From: an uncultured virus (IMG/VR IMGVR_UViG_3300032038_000017)
Lineage: Duplodnaviria > Heunggongvirae > Uroviricota > Caudoviricetes
Reading direction: 5' to 3' (one strand)
Length of the DNA: 64,000 nt
Virus record (IMG/VR): IMGVR_UViG_3300032038_000017
Part shown: piece by piece, positions 50,262 to 58,975 of the stretch
How positions within the stretch are numbered: position 1 is the stretch's first letter
Layout: each line of letters starts with the position of its first letter
Translations under genes and position numbers: made by a program
The notes under the pieces: generated by a model
What the model saw: only the letters and a program-made list of their open reading frames with translations
What the model was told of the DNA's origin: nothing
The model's database searches: none

Positions 50262-50395
50262 AGTTCCCTACTATGCCAAGATAACCAATTAAATAAATGA
50301 CCACCAAAATCAATCTCGGCTAGTAATAAAGGTAGCCAAACCAACCAATAAAAAATCCCAAGAAAAACCACCGAAAAAATCGGTGGTAGTTTCCG

Positions 50396-51022
50396 TTATT
50401 TTTTGTTAGGGATTTCAGAATCCCAAGCCAACTGACGCTCAAAATCTTCTTTGTTGCGTTCAAGTCGTCTTGCTTTTTCTGTCCGAATTTCCCAACCCTT
50501 TTCTTCCGAATAGAAAGCGTAGCCTAATTCAACACCGTTTGAACCACCGTTCCAAGTCGTGTAAGAATAGTGAATGTCGATTGAAAATCCGATTTCTGCA
50601 TCCTTTGTAGTGTCAATGTCCTCGTATTCCCAACCACCATAGTGCTTTTCTTTTGCACCTTCTTTACCGAAGAAACGAATCCAAGTGTGACCATAGTTGA
50701 AACAACCAACCTTGATTTCGCTAAATGCCGCGTTAAGGTAAAGGCTTTCACGATTAAGGTTTTTGCTTTCGTAGTCAACACCCAAACCTTCACGACCTTG
50801 AACAACAGTAAAGTTGAAGATAGTGTTAAAGCCAAAAGTCTTGTTGATAAGGTCGAACAGTTCCTTCATAATCTTGCTTGAACTGTTTGTTACCTTACTG
50901 AACAATTCTTCTTCACGGCGCAACTGACCATTGTACCATTCTGCAAAAGGCTTTGCCCATTCTTCGCCCTTTTCTTCTACCAATCTGTCGTAAGACCAAT
51001 CACCTTTCTCAAGTCTACTCAT
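50396..51022 (-). CDS. hypothetical protein
   Basis: element and RBS. Confidence 0.88.
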   Translation of the reverse strand: MSRLEKGDWSYDRLVEEKGEEWAKPFAEWYNGQLRREEELFSKVTNSSSKIMKELFDLINKTFGFNTIFNFTVVQGREGLGVDYESKNLNRESLYLNAAFSEIKVGCFNYGHTWIRFFGKEGAKEKHYGGWEYEDIDTTKDAEIGFSIDIHYSYTTWNGGSNGVELGYAFYSEEKGWEIRTEKARRLERNKEDFERQLAWDSEIPNKK

Positions 51023-51084
51023 AGTGTTTATCTCCTTATGTCTATTGTATTATAACCTTGCAGGGTGTCTACCCTGCAACCAAC

Positions 51085-51357
51085 TTACAAGTTTATACCG
51101 TCAAGGTATCTGCCGTTTTCCCATTCGTTCGGAATGTCAAACTTTTTCAATTCTGCCGATTCAAGAACACGGTCAGTGTATACGACAGTCAAATTGTTTG
51201 ACAAGCAAACGGAACGGATTATTCCAACGTCACTAGGAAGTGTCATTGGACCCAAACCGTGTTTAAGAATGTATTGGAAACCGTCATTTGCTTTCTTGCC
51301 ATAAGAAATACGATTCGGATTTCCACCACCCTTATTGTCAGAAAGAATCTTTATCAT
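51085..51357 (-). CDS. DarA C-terminal-like small protein (tentative)
   Basis: YILKHGLGPMTLP...YTDRVLESAELKKFDI resembles the Y...GPG..P...Y.R.L...E...Y/F pattern. Confidence 0.4.
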   Translation of the reverse strand: MIKILSDNKGGGNPNRISYGKKANDGFQYILKHGLGPMTLPSDVGIIRSVCLSNNLTVVYTDRVLESAELKKFDIPNEWENGRYLDGINL

Positions 51358-51451
51358 TGTAGTTATCTCCTTATGCCTATAGGATTATAACCTTACTAGG
51401 TGTTTACCCTGACATAAGAAAAAAGACGGCAGAAAAGCCGTCTTAATTGTT

Positions 51452-52423
51452 TTAGTTTCCGATAGGTGTATCGTCTCTAAGTGCAAGGGCAAGCGACATA
51501 TGCTCTTTATTGATTGTATCGCTTTCGTCAAAGTCTGCAAGAGTCCTAGCAACTTTTATAAGGCTTTTTCTTCCCCTTGTAGACATACCCGATACATCGC
51601 AAAATGCGTCAAGGTCTTTCAAAGCGTCATTGTTTAAATGGCAGAATCTTTCCATTTCAGATTCAGACAAGTCTGCATTAAGTTTACCTTGTCTTTCATA
51701 CTGAATTGTCTGCGCCCTTGCGATTTTATCACGCAATTCGTCAAGTGTAAAACTGAACTTGTCAGTCAGTTCTTCTTTGGTGTATTCTGCGTTAAAGTTG
51801 AAACGAATGTCTATACGGTCAAGAAGTGGTCCACTGAACTTTTTCCAATACAGTTCAATCGACCTTGCGGAACAAAGGCAAACCCTTTCCTTGTTGCCAT
51901 AGTTTCCACAAGGGCAAGAATTCACCGACATAGCCAACTGAAACTTTGCGGGGTACACTGTTGTTCTACCTGCACGGCAAAGCGTAATCTGATGGTTTTC
52001 AAGTGGAACACGCAACATTTGCAAGACCGAAGTTCTGAACTCCGCCGCCTCGTCAAGGAACAACATACCGTTGTGTGCAAGACTGATTTCACCAGGTCTG
52101 CAATTCGGACCGCCACCACACATTCCTTCAATAGAGGAAGTCTGATGTGGCATACGGAATGGTCTGTTGTCTGATTCGACAATGGTTGAAAGTCCAGCCA
52201 AATCGTAGATTCTTTTTACTGATTCCTTTTCGTCTGCCGTAAGTTTAGGCATAAGCAAAGGAAACTTAGTCATAAGCAAAGACCGACCACATCCAGGACT
52301 ACCAAAGTCCAAGATGTTGTGGCGACCAGCAACGGCTACTGTCATAGCAAACTTCATAGCGTTGTAGTTTCGACCTTTCAAGTTGTCAAAGTCTTTTGCG
52401 TCTGCTTTATCAAACTCTATCAT
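51452..52423 (-). CDS. YifB/ComM-family Mg-chelatase-like AAA+ ATPase lacking the N-terminal domain
   Basis: HNI..GSPGCGRS Walker A, RPFRMPHQTSS, PGEISLAHNGMLFLDE, CPCG..CLCS, SGPLLDRID, VARTLAD. Confidence 0.92.
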   Translation of the reverse strand: MIEFDKADAKDFDNLKGRNYNAMKFAMTVAVAGRHNILDFGSPGCGRSLLMTKFPLLMPKLTADEKESVKRIYDLAGLSTIVESDNRPFRMPHQTSSIEGMCGGGPNCRPGEISLAHNGMLFLDEAAEFRTSVLQMLRVPLENHQITLCRAGRTTVYPAKFQLAMSVNSCPCGNYGNKERVCLCSARSIELYWKKFSGPLLDRIDIRFNFNAEYTKEELTDKFSFTLDELRDKIARAQTIQYERQGKLNADLSESEMERFCHLNNDALKDLDAFCDVSGMSTRGRKSLIKVARTLADFDESDTINKEHMSLALALRDDTPIGN

Positions 52424-52522
52424 AGTTTAACTCCTTATACTTAATGTATTATAACCACACAACAATTTTACCCTGCAAGAAATTAAAAAGGGGCAACTTC
52501 TTTTCGTTGCCCCGTAATTTCG

Positions 52523-52822
52523 TTAGTACTCTGTGGAACCTCTGACTACTTCGCTGTTTGTTGTTTTTTCAAACTTTTCAAGAAACATATCACGGATTTC
52601 TGAAATGTCGTCACTGAAATCGTCCCAAGTTACTGTCTGCCCAAAGATTTCTCCGAGCAGCTTGAATGTTTCAAACACTTTGTCGCAAAGCTCGTCTTCA
52701 TAAGCCAAACAAGACCCACAAAGCAGATACTTCTTGCCTTCTACTTCAACAGTATGTGTTTCACACATTCCAAGTCCTTTAGCTTTTTCTACCAAAGCAG
52801 ACTTCAAATCTTTTAATGCCAT
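52523..52822 (-). CDS. hypothetical protein
   Basis: element and RBS. Confidence 0.8.
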   Translation of the reverse strand: MALKDLKSALVEKAKGLGMCETHTVEVEGKKYLLCGSCLAYEDELCDKVFETFKLLGEIFGQTVTWDDFSDDISEIRDMFLEKFEKTTNSEVVRGSTEY

Positions 52823-52881
52823 AGTTATCTCCTTTATAACTTACAGATTATAACTTTACGGGGCTTTTACCCCGTAGAAGT

Positions 52882-53262
52882 TTATTTTTCTGCAATAATC
52901 TGTTTGATTTCCAAGTCGGATTTTTTCTCGTCTAAAAGCAGATTGATTTTTTCAACATACTTTTCGTCAAGTGTATCCAAGTATCTCAAATGACAGTTCT
53001 GCCAAATGTCAAACAGTGTGTTATAAAGGTTGCTTTTCTTCAAAGCTGGGAAATCGTTTCCCAAGTCGTCTATACACTGACCACAGTAAACATAGTCAGT
53101 TTTTCGACCATTCCACAATCCACCACCTAATGCCACACGAAATCTGTCGTCGTCTTTGTCAAGGCGAATGTCTATCTCGGCTTCGTTAATTTTTCTGCCA
53201 CGACCCGAATAGTCCCACTTACCTAAACTGAATGACCTTTTCTTGTAGTCAAGTATCATCAT
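52882..53262 (-). CDS. hypothetical protein, paralog of the N-terminus of 55723..56349
   Basis: shared GK..Y.G..RKIN and WN.R.TD....GQCID. Confidence 0.85.
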   Translation of the reverse strand: MMILDYKKRSFSLGKWDYSGRGRKINEAEIDIRLDKDDDRFRVALGGGLWNGRKTDYVYCGQCIDDLGNDFPALKKSNLYNTLFDIWQNCHLRYLDTLDEKYVEKINLLLDEKKSDLEIKQIIAEK

Positions 53263-53332
53263 AGTTTAATATCCTTATGCTAATAAAATTATAACCTTGC
53301 ACAAGTTCTACCCTGCACAAGGTTATTGGATT

Positions 53333-53584
53333 TTACCAAACATGGCCAACGGAAAATTCGTCAAGACCTTCTTCCAAGATTTTCAAATCAACCTTGTCGG
53401 CATCAATGTCTGTTGCACGAATAAGGAACGAATTGTTGTCTGAATGGTACATAATGTCCAACTTGCCAGTCTCTTCGTTAAGAACGACATCAACATTGTC
53501 TGAACTGTATTCATTCAGTTCTTCTTCCACCATTGACACAATTCTGTTTGCCAATCTTTCAGTCATAGGATAAACTTTGCTCAT
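53333..53584 (-). CDS. hypothetical protein
   Basis: element and RBS. Confidence 0.8.
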   Translation of the reverse strand: MSKVYPMTERLANRIVSMVEEELNEYSSDNVDVVLNEETGKLDIMYHSDNNSFLIRATDIDADKVDLKILEEGLDEFSVGHVW

Positions 53585-53652
53585 AGTCTTTATCTCCTTA
53601 CACTATATAAATTATAACCTTGCAAGATGTCTACCCTGCAAGGTCATTTGTT

Positions 53653-54426
53653 TTAGTCCTCAAATATTTCCCAACCAAGTCGGTCTTGAATCTCTTTGGT
53701 CTTTGCCGTCATAAGAGAATCAATCTCTTCGTAGACTTCAAGCATCTTGTCAAGTTCAGTTTCAGAAGGCATACGGTGATGGAAAGTTTTGCACCATTCC
53801 TTGTCCAAGGCACTTGCACCGTTCCAACCAACTATGGCAAACATTTCAATACCAAAGTCGCCATACTTGTTGCAGAGTTCTTTAATCTGCCTTGCTTTCT
53901 GTGTTTTTGTGTCGTGGTCGTAGAAGTATTTCATTTCCAAGTCCCTCTTTTCTTCCAAGACATCGTGAAACCAAAGGTCTACGATACGACCATCCTCGTC
54001 ATAGTATGGGGTGTAATCACTTGAACCCCAAAGAGTTCTAGGGGTCTTAGAACCAAAGTCCGTATACTCACGACCACCAAATGAATAGTTTCCATAATGG
54101 TAATGGTCGTCTACAATGCCCCAAGGGTCGTTTCTTTTCAACCACGCTTTAAGCGAATTAACCTTTACACAGCCCCAACTGTCCTTTTTCAAGGTGTCCT
54201 TTTCTGCGTTGTATTTGTCCATAAGGTTGAGCATATAAGTAGCCCCACCTTCGTGTCCACGCAGAAGATAATTCTTGTCGATAAAGTCAATCTTTTCTTT
54301 TTCAGAAAGTTTTACTTCATCTTCGTAAATGTAGTATCTGCAAGCGTTAGGTTGTCTGTCGTTTACTCTGGCGATAGCGTCACACTTTTCCTTGTAATAC
54401 TTCAAATCAGAAACATTGTATTCCAT
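53653..54426 (-). CDS. hypothetical protein
   Basis: element and RBS. Confidence 0.88.
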   Translation of the reverse strand: MEYNVSDLKYYKEKCDAIARVNDRQPNACRYYIYEDEVKLSEKEKIDFIDKNYLLRGHEGGATYMLNLMDKYNAEKDTLKKDSWGCVKVNSLKAWLKRNDPWGIVDDHYHYGNYSFGGREYTDFGSKTPRTLWGSSDYTPYYDEDGRIVDLWFHDVLEEKRDLEMKYFYDHDTKTQKARQIKELCNKYGDFGIEMFAIVGWNGASALDKEWCKTFHHRMPSETELDKMLEVYEEIDSLMTAKTKEIQDRLGWEIFED

Positions 54427-54456
54427 AGTTATCTCCTTACAGATTACATTATAACC

Positions 54457-55140
54457 TTACAGTTTCTTTACCCTGCTGCCGTAAACTTTTGACCAATACT
54501 TACCCTTGAATTCCCCTTCGGTCATTTTCGCCTTGTTGTCTGTGTTTACGAACTTCATTCCAAGTTTTTCAAGTTCTGCCCTTAAAGCCTTTGTAACGAC
54601 ATTTGAAGGCAATACAACATCACTGTCATCAAACAATGCCTTGATAGACACGGCAACTTCATTGTCTGGAACAATGCGAATCGGCTTGTCCCACCTTGTA
54701 AGATAAACAAGTCTTGTGCCAGTCATAAGTCCACGAACCAATCCTGCCTTCCACTTCTTTATGCCTACTGAATCTTTTGCTTTTTCTGCCTTGTATGGAT
54801 TTTTGCTTTCCAATTCAGACATAGGGATTTCAACTTCCATAATAGCCAAGTTGTCACGGTCTTGTGCCGAACTGAATTGGTCATTAAGCATAAAGTTTGA
54901 ACTGTGAATGTATGGATTGTATTTTGCCTTAATCTTTTTGCCGTTTCCTTTGTCCAAAACAAAGTAGCCTTTTTCGTCTACCATAGACGGATTTTCTTCT
55001 GACTGTTCCCATACATTGAACTGAATAGGGTCACGAAGTTTTCCGTTTACCTTAGCACTTACGGCTGGATAAGGTTTTCCGTCAATAATCTGAACGGCTC
55101 TGTAAGCCTTCATAGTTTTTACATTATCTAAGTTAATCAT
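54457..55140 (-). CDS. hypothetical protein; YNPY.HSS..LNDQF domain recalled from large polyvalent phage proteins
   Basis: element and RBS; family recall unverified. Confidence 0.8.
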   Translation of the reverse strand: MINLDNVKTMKAYRAVQIIDGKPYPAVSAKVNGKLRDPIQFNVWEQSEENPSMVDEKGYFVLDKGNGKKIKAKYNPYIHSSNFMLNDQFSSAQDRDNLAIMEVEIPMSELESKNPYKAEKAKDSVGIKKWKAGLVRGLMTGTRLVYLTRWDKPIRIVPDNEVAVSIKALFDDSDVVLPSNVVTKALRAELEKLGMKFVNTDNKAKMTEGEFKGKYWSKVYGSRVKKL

Positions 55141-55232
55141 TGTTTTATCTCCTTATGTTTTATAGATTATAACCCTATAGGTGTTTTACCCCGTATAAAA
55201 TTAAAGCCGACCTATAGAAGTCGGCTTATTCT

Positions 55233-55631
55233 TTAGCAAGGCTTGATTTCTGCTTTGAAGAACGCTTTGATTTTGTTGTAGTAGTCGATTGCCTCAGTCA
55301 GTTCTGTAAAGAACTTGTCTGTCTGTGGAAATCCCTTACTTGCAACTGTTGCGTCTACTTCGTAAACAACCCCAATTTCTATGTCGTCATCGACACTTGC
55401 AAGAATTCCCATACTTGCGGCTGGCACAACGTCACCAATGCCAATCTGTGTCATTGTGATGTCGAATATACCGAATTCACCGTCTACTGAATAAGACGCT
55501 ACACGGTTTGCCATCCAATATTCGATATCCTTGTCGCCCTTTTTACGAGTAATGTAGCCTTCTTCACGAAGGTGTTCCATATCGCCTTTTTCAAGTGGAA
55601 TGAACTTCAACTGACCTCTTCTAACTTCCAT
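55233..55631 (-). CDS. hypothetical protein
   Basis: element and RBS. Confidence 0.82.
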   Translation of the reverse strand: MEVRRGQLKFIPLEKGDMEHLREEGYITRKKGDKDIEYWMANRVASYSVDGEFGIFDITMTQIGIGDVVPAASMGILASVDDDIEIGVVYEVDATVASKGFPQTDKFFTELTEAIDYYNKIKAFFKAEIKPC

Positions 55632-55722
55632 AGTTTAATCCCCTTATAGTTTTATTATTATAACCTTGTAGATTGTTTACCCTGAATAAAATTAAAGGTG
55701 GCTATGAAAGCCACCTACATTT

Positions 55723-56349
55723 TTACTTGTAAAGTTCGTCCTCTTTGTAAAGGAAGTCTACAGACAAATCCTTGTCAAGAATCGCACGAATCTTGTTCAA
55801 GTCTTTTTCGGGGATTGCACGATACAACCAACCGTGTCCGTATTTGTAAGGCTTTCCGTCTACTTCAACTTCATACAGTCCGTGTCTTTTCAAAAGTTCA
55901 CAATCAACAGAATAACTGTTCCAAGCAGAACCGTGCCAATTCTGCCATTCCTTGAAATAGTTATCACTGTAACCAATTTCGGCTTTGGCTTTTTCCCAAG
56001 CAGACTTGCGAAGTTCCTCACGGATTGTGTCTTTCTCGCTTGCAAAGTCTTTAAGACAGTTTTCTTGTTCAACAGTTCCGGCGTTCATGTCGTTCAAGTG
56101 ATACTTGCCCCACAAGTCTGCAATCAGATTGTAAAGACGGTCGTTCTTGAAGTATCTTTTGATACTGTCGATACACTGACCACCAGCAACACAATCCGTA
56201 TGGCGAGAGTTCCAAACAAAACCACAAACACTGAATGTTGGTTTGTCTGTATCTGCATTACGAAGTTCAATGTCCAATCTTACGGCATTGATTTTTCTGT
56301 TGCCATTGTAGGCAATCTTGCCAAAGTCAATCTTTCGTTTCAAATCCAT
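55723..56349 (-). CDS. hypothetical protein, paralog of 52882..53262
   Basis: element and RBS; HLNDM.AG and YKYGHGW. Confidence 0.88.
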   Translation of the reverse strand: MDLKRKIDFGKIAYNGNRKINAVRLDIELRNADTDKPTFSVCGFVWNSRHTDCVAGGQCIDSIKRYFKNDRLYNLIADLWGKYHLNDMNAGTVEQENCLKDFASEKDTIREELRKSAWEKAKAEIGYSDNYFKEWQNWHGSAWNSYSVDCELLKRHGLYEVEVDGKPYKYGHGWLYRAIPEKDLNKIRAILDKDLSVDFLYKEDELYK

Positions 56350-56403
56350 AGTAGTTATCTCCTTATGGCAAGTTTATTATAACCTTGCCAAATGCTTACC
56401 CTG

Positions 56404-56844
56404 TTAAACTTTCCAACCTTTTATGTCATCAAGATTGATTTTATACATACTTGCAAGTGTAGCAACATAAAAAGCCGTAAGCCGTACAAATACATAATCC
56501 GTAGCACTGCAAGCCACTGACCATTCACCGTCTTTGAACAAATAAAAGTATCCAATGTCCCAACCTTCTTTCAAGATTTTGTCAAGTTTCTTAGCCTTGT
56601 GGACTACTTCTTTTTGGTCGTCATACGGCTTGTCATCGTCAAATGTAGAACGGTCACCGATAGCAACAAGTTCACGAGCATTTCTGTCGTTGTATTCTTC
56701 TGCATAGTTTGGGTTTGTAGAATAACATTCTTCAAGGATTCTTGCACCTACCCCGTTTGGTCGAACATAGCCGTCATTATGAATGTAACTGTAAGTGTAA
56801 GTTCCGTCTTTCTCTGCGTAGATAACATAGCATCTTGTACTCAT
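56404..56844 (-). CDS. phage hypothetical protein (MSTR..YIHNDGY type)
   Basis: element and RBS. Confidence 0.85.
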   Translation of the reverse strand: MSTRCYVIYAEKDGTYTYSYIHNDGYVRPNGVGARILEECYSTNPNYAEEYNDRNARELVAIGDRSTFDDDKPYDDQKEVVHKAKKLDKILKEGWDIGYFYLFKDGEWSVACSATDYVFVRLTAFYVATLASMYKINLDDIKGWKV

Positions 56845-56963
56845 AGTTTAATCTCCTTATGCTCCTATAAATTATAACCTTTATGTTATACTACCCTGTA
56901 AGGATTATAACTTATAGGTTATAAAAAAATCGGCAACACTATTAAAGAATTGCCGATAAAAAA

Positions 56964-57314
56964 TTAAAAATTATTGTTGTTTTTCAAGGCTTCAACTGTC
57001 TTGTTAAAGACATCCAATGCCTTGTCAAAAGCGTCAGAAGGGAAGAACAAGTCGTGTCCTACACCTGCCGCGTTCATAATGGAAACAAGAAAGCCTTCCC
57101 TTGTTGAGACCATTACATCTATCGGCAACTGAACAATTGCGTTTTCTTCTGTTGCCGTCAGAACAACTGAATTGTAGATGTCACCATCAATCTGTTTCTT
57201 TTGGGGTGTATCACACCAAGAAAAAAGTGGACAAATAACACTAAGTCCTTCTACCTCACCCAGTTCTTTCCACTGTTTGCTTTCTTTTGCCGTAAAACTT
57301 CTAAGTTCTTTCAT
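56964..57314 (-). CDS. hypothetical protein
   Basis: start after element and RBS. Confidence 0.8.
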   Translation of the reverse strand: MKELRSFTAKESKQWKELGEVEGLSVICPLFSWCDTPQKKQIDGDIYNSVVLTATEENAIVQLPIDVMVSTREGFLVSIMNAAGVGHDLFFPSDAFDKALDVFNKTVEALKNNNNF

Positions 57315-57386
57315 AGTTTGGTTTCTCCTTATGTCTGTTGTATTATAACCTATCAAGGTATCTACCCTGATAGGCTTTTCAGTATT

Positions 57387-57932
57387 TTAGCAACCGTAAA
57401 CTTTCTTTGCGTAATGCAGATTTACACTGTAACCCTTGCTCCACAACTTTTCGTGTAATGTCTGTGGGTCATCGTATTCGTGTCTGTCAAAATATTCAAC
57501 ACCACGCTTTGTAAGTTTCTTTACTTCCCAACAGTTTGTTCCATCGTGGTGATAGCCGTGAATGTTGAATACACCTTTATCATCAAAGATTTTCATAGCG
57601 TCAACATTGCCCCAAGCCTTAGACAAGTCATTGTAATTCTTTACAACAAAACCACCACGATGCCGCCCATCCCAAAGTCCAGCAGAACCAACCAAGATAA
57701 AAATGCTACCGTCATTGAAGAAATTTTTAAGGTTTGACGCTTCTTCTTCCCAAGCAATTTCGTTACAGTCATAGATTTCTTGACTGATTTCTTCGTTAGA
57801 AGGCTCCCAATCTTTATCTTCCGGAAAGTCTTCCAAGTGTCGGTCAATACAATACTGCCTTGCATCATCCCAATCGTAGCCGTCATAATTATCAAAAATT
57901 ACAACTTCCGTTTTCTTCTGTTTGTTACTCAT
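57387..57932 (-). CDS. phage hypothetical protein (GLWDG..HHDGTN type)
   Basis: element and RBS. Confidence 0.88.
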   Translation of the reverse strand: MSNKQKKTEVVIFDNYDGYDWDDARQYCIDRHLEDFPEDKDWEPSNEEISQEIYDCNEIAWEEEASNLKNFFNDGSIFILVGSAGLWDGRHRGGFVVKNYNDLSKAWGNVDAMKIFDDKGVFNIHGYHHDGTNCWEVKKLTKRGVEYFDRHEYDDPQTLHEKLWSKGYSVNLHYAKKVYGC

Positions 57933-58028
57933 AGTAGTTTATCTCCTTATGCTTTACAGATTATAACCCTAAGGTATGTCTACCCTGTATAAATTAAAAA
58001 CGGACAGATTTCTCTGTCCGTATAACTT

Positions 58029-58433
58029 TTAGTCTTCTTCGTTTTCTGTTTCAAGATGACCAAAACTGAATACCAAAATCTGATTTGGTTCAATTCCAAC
58101 TTCTTTACCGTCGTAGTCAATGATTTTCTTTGTTTCGGAACAAAGGTTCTTTACATAGACATAATCGCTGAAATACTTGTCAAAGTATGTTTCGTGGCGG
58201 AAGTCAACCGATTCTTCGATGAAGTACGGTTTATTGAACTCGCCTTCGTATTCAAAGTTATTGGCATTGAACTCTTCCACTTCACGAACAAGGTCGTCTT
58301 TATTGTTGACTCTTCCGAGTCTTTCAATAACTTCTGGTCCGTGTCCGTTCTTTGTGTTGTACATGTCACCATTGAACTCGTATGAGGTGAACATACCCTC
58401 ATCTGTGATAATCGCAAACTTTCCTCTTGTCAT
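58029..58433 (-). CDS. hypothetical protein
   Basis: element and RBS. Confidence 0.85.
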   Translation of the reverse strand: MTRGKFAIITDEGMFTSYEFNGDMYNTKNGHGPEVIERLGRVNNKDDLVREVEEFNANNFEYEGEFNKPYFIEESVDFRHETYFDKYFSDYVYVKNLCSETKKIIDYDGKEVGIEPNQILVFSFGHLETENEED

Positions 58434-58498
58434 AGCAACTCCTTATGGTATCTGTATTATAACCATACAAGGCATTTACCCCGTATGGTTTTACATGC

Positions 58499-58765
58499 TT
58501 ACGCAACAAGTTCCACTCTTGCGAACGGCAGATTTGTTCCTAAATCCCAAAACTCGAAATAGTCTGGTGAGCAAGAATGGTCTACATCGATGTTATCAAG
58601 GTATTCTTTATTCAAGAAACCTTTGTCGGCACAAGCCTTCATAATGTCATCAATAGACGCATCTTCGCCTACTTCGATTGGCTTTTCTGAAAACTTCATA
58701 ATGTTGTTTACTTCATAATCGTTTTCATCGCCCCAAACATCATAGGTATAAAAGATATATTTCAT
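58499..58765 (-). CDS. hypothetical protein
   Basis: element and RBS. Confidence 0.82.
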   Translation of the reverse strand: MKYIFYTYDVWGDENDYEVNNIMKFSEKPIEVGEDASIDDIMKACADKGFLNKEYLDNIDVDHSCSPDYFEFWDLGTNLPFARVELVA

Positions 58766-58927
58766 AGATTTAATCTCCTTATAGTTCTTTTTATTATAAC
58801 CATAGTTTGTGTTACCCTGATAAGCCGTTCGGCTTTATCTTCTGTATAATAGAAGGAATTTGTTCGTTCGGCTATGAAAAAATTATCTATAATAGAAAGA
58901 AAAAATCCGATAAAAAATAAAAATAAT

Positions 58928-58954
58928 CGGGGTAAAAAAATCTTGAATTATAAT
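58928..58954 (+). promoter_or_regulatory. Plus-strand copy of the element upstream of ORF 58976
   Basis: CGGGGTA-N14-TATAAT followed by AAGGAG and ATG. Confidence 0.8.
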
Positions 58955-58975
58955 ATACTTTGCAAGGAGTAAACT

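Larger units (their letters stand above)
1733..58819 (-). repeat. Dispersed 27-28 bp repeat (about 115 copies), coding strand CAGGGTA-N14/15-TATAAT; putative phage early promoter / cassette boundary
   Basis: + strand form ATTATAACC(T/A)-N~11-TACCC(T/C)G seen e.g. at 2873, 3362, 5006, 7820, 9878, 12744, 15291, 18902, 21353, 24701, 28245, 31290, 33992, 37412, 40930, 45390, 48014, 53288, 57960, 58793; each lies just upstream of a minus-strand start. Confidence 0.95.

Noticed and set aside
803..58644. Plus-strand and alternative-frame ORFs in the track
   Set aside because: They are shadows of minus-strand genes, lack SD or element, and have atypical composition.
1733..58819. CRISPR array interpretation of the 28-bp repeats
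   Set aside because: Spacing is mostly hundreds of bp filled with whole genes, the repeat middle is variable, and no cas genes are seen.
1733..58819. Canonical sigma70 promoter, XerCD dif site or classical attC
   Set aside because: There is no TTGACA at 17 bp (the frequent TTGCAG lies about 19 bp from TATAAT), no dif consensus, the element is shorter than attC without RYYYAAC/GTTRRRY boxes, and no IntI is in the window.
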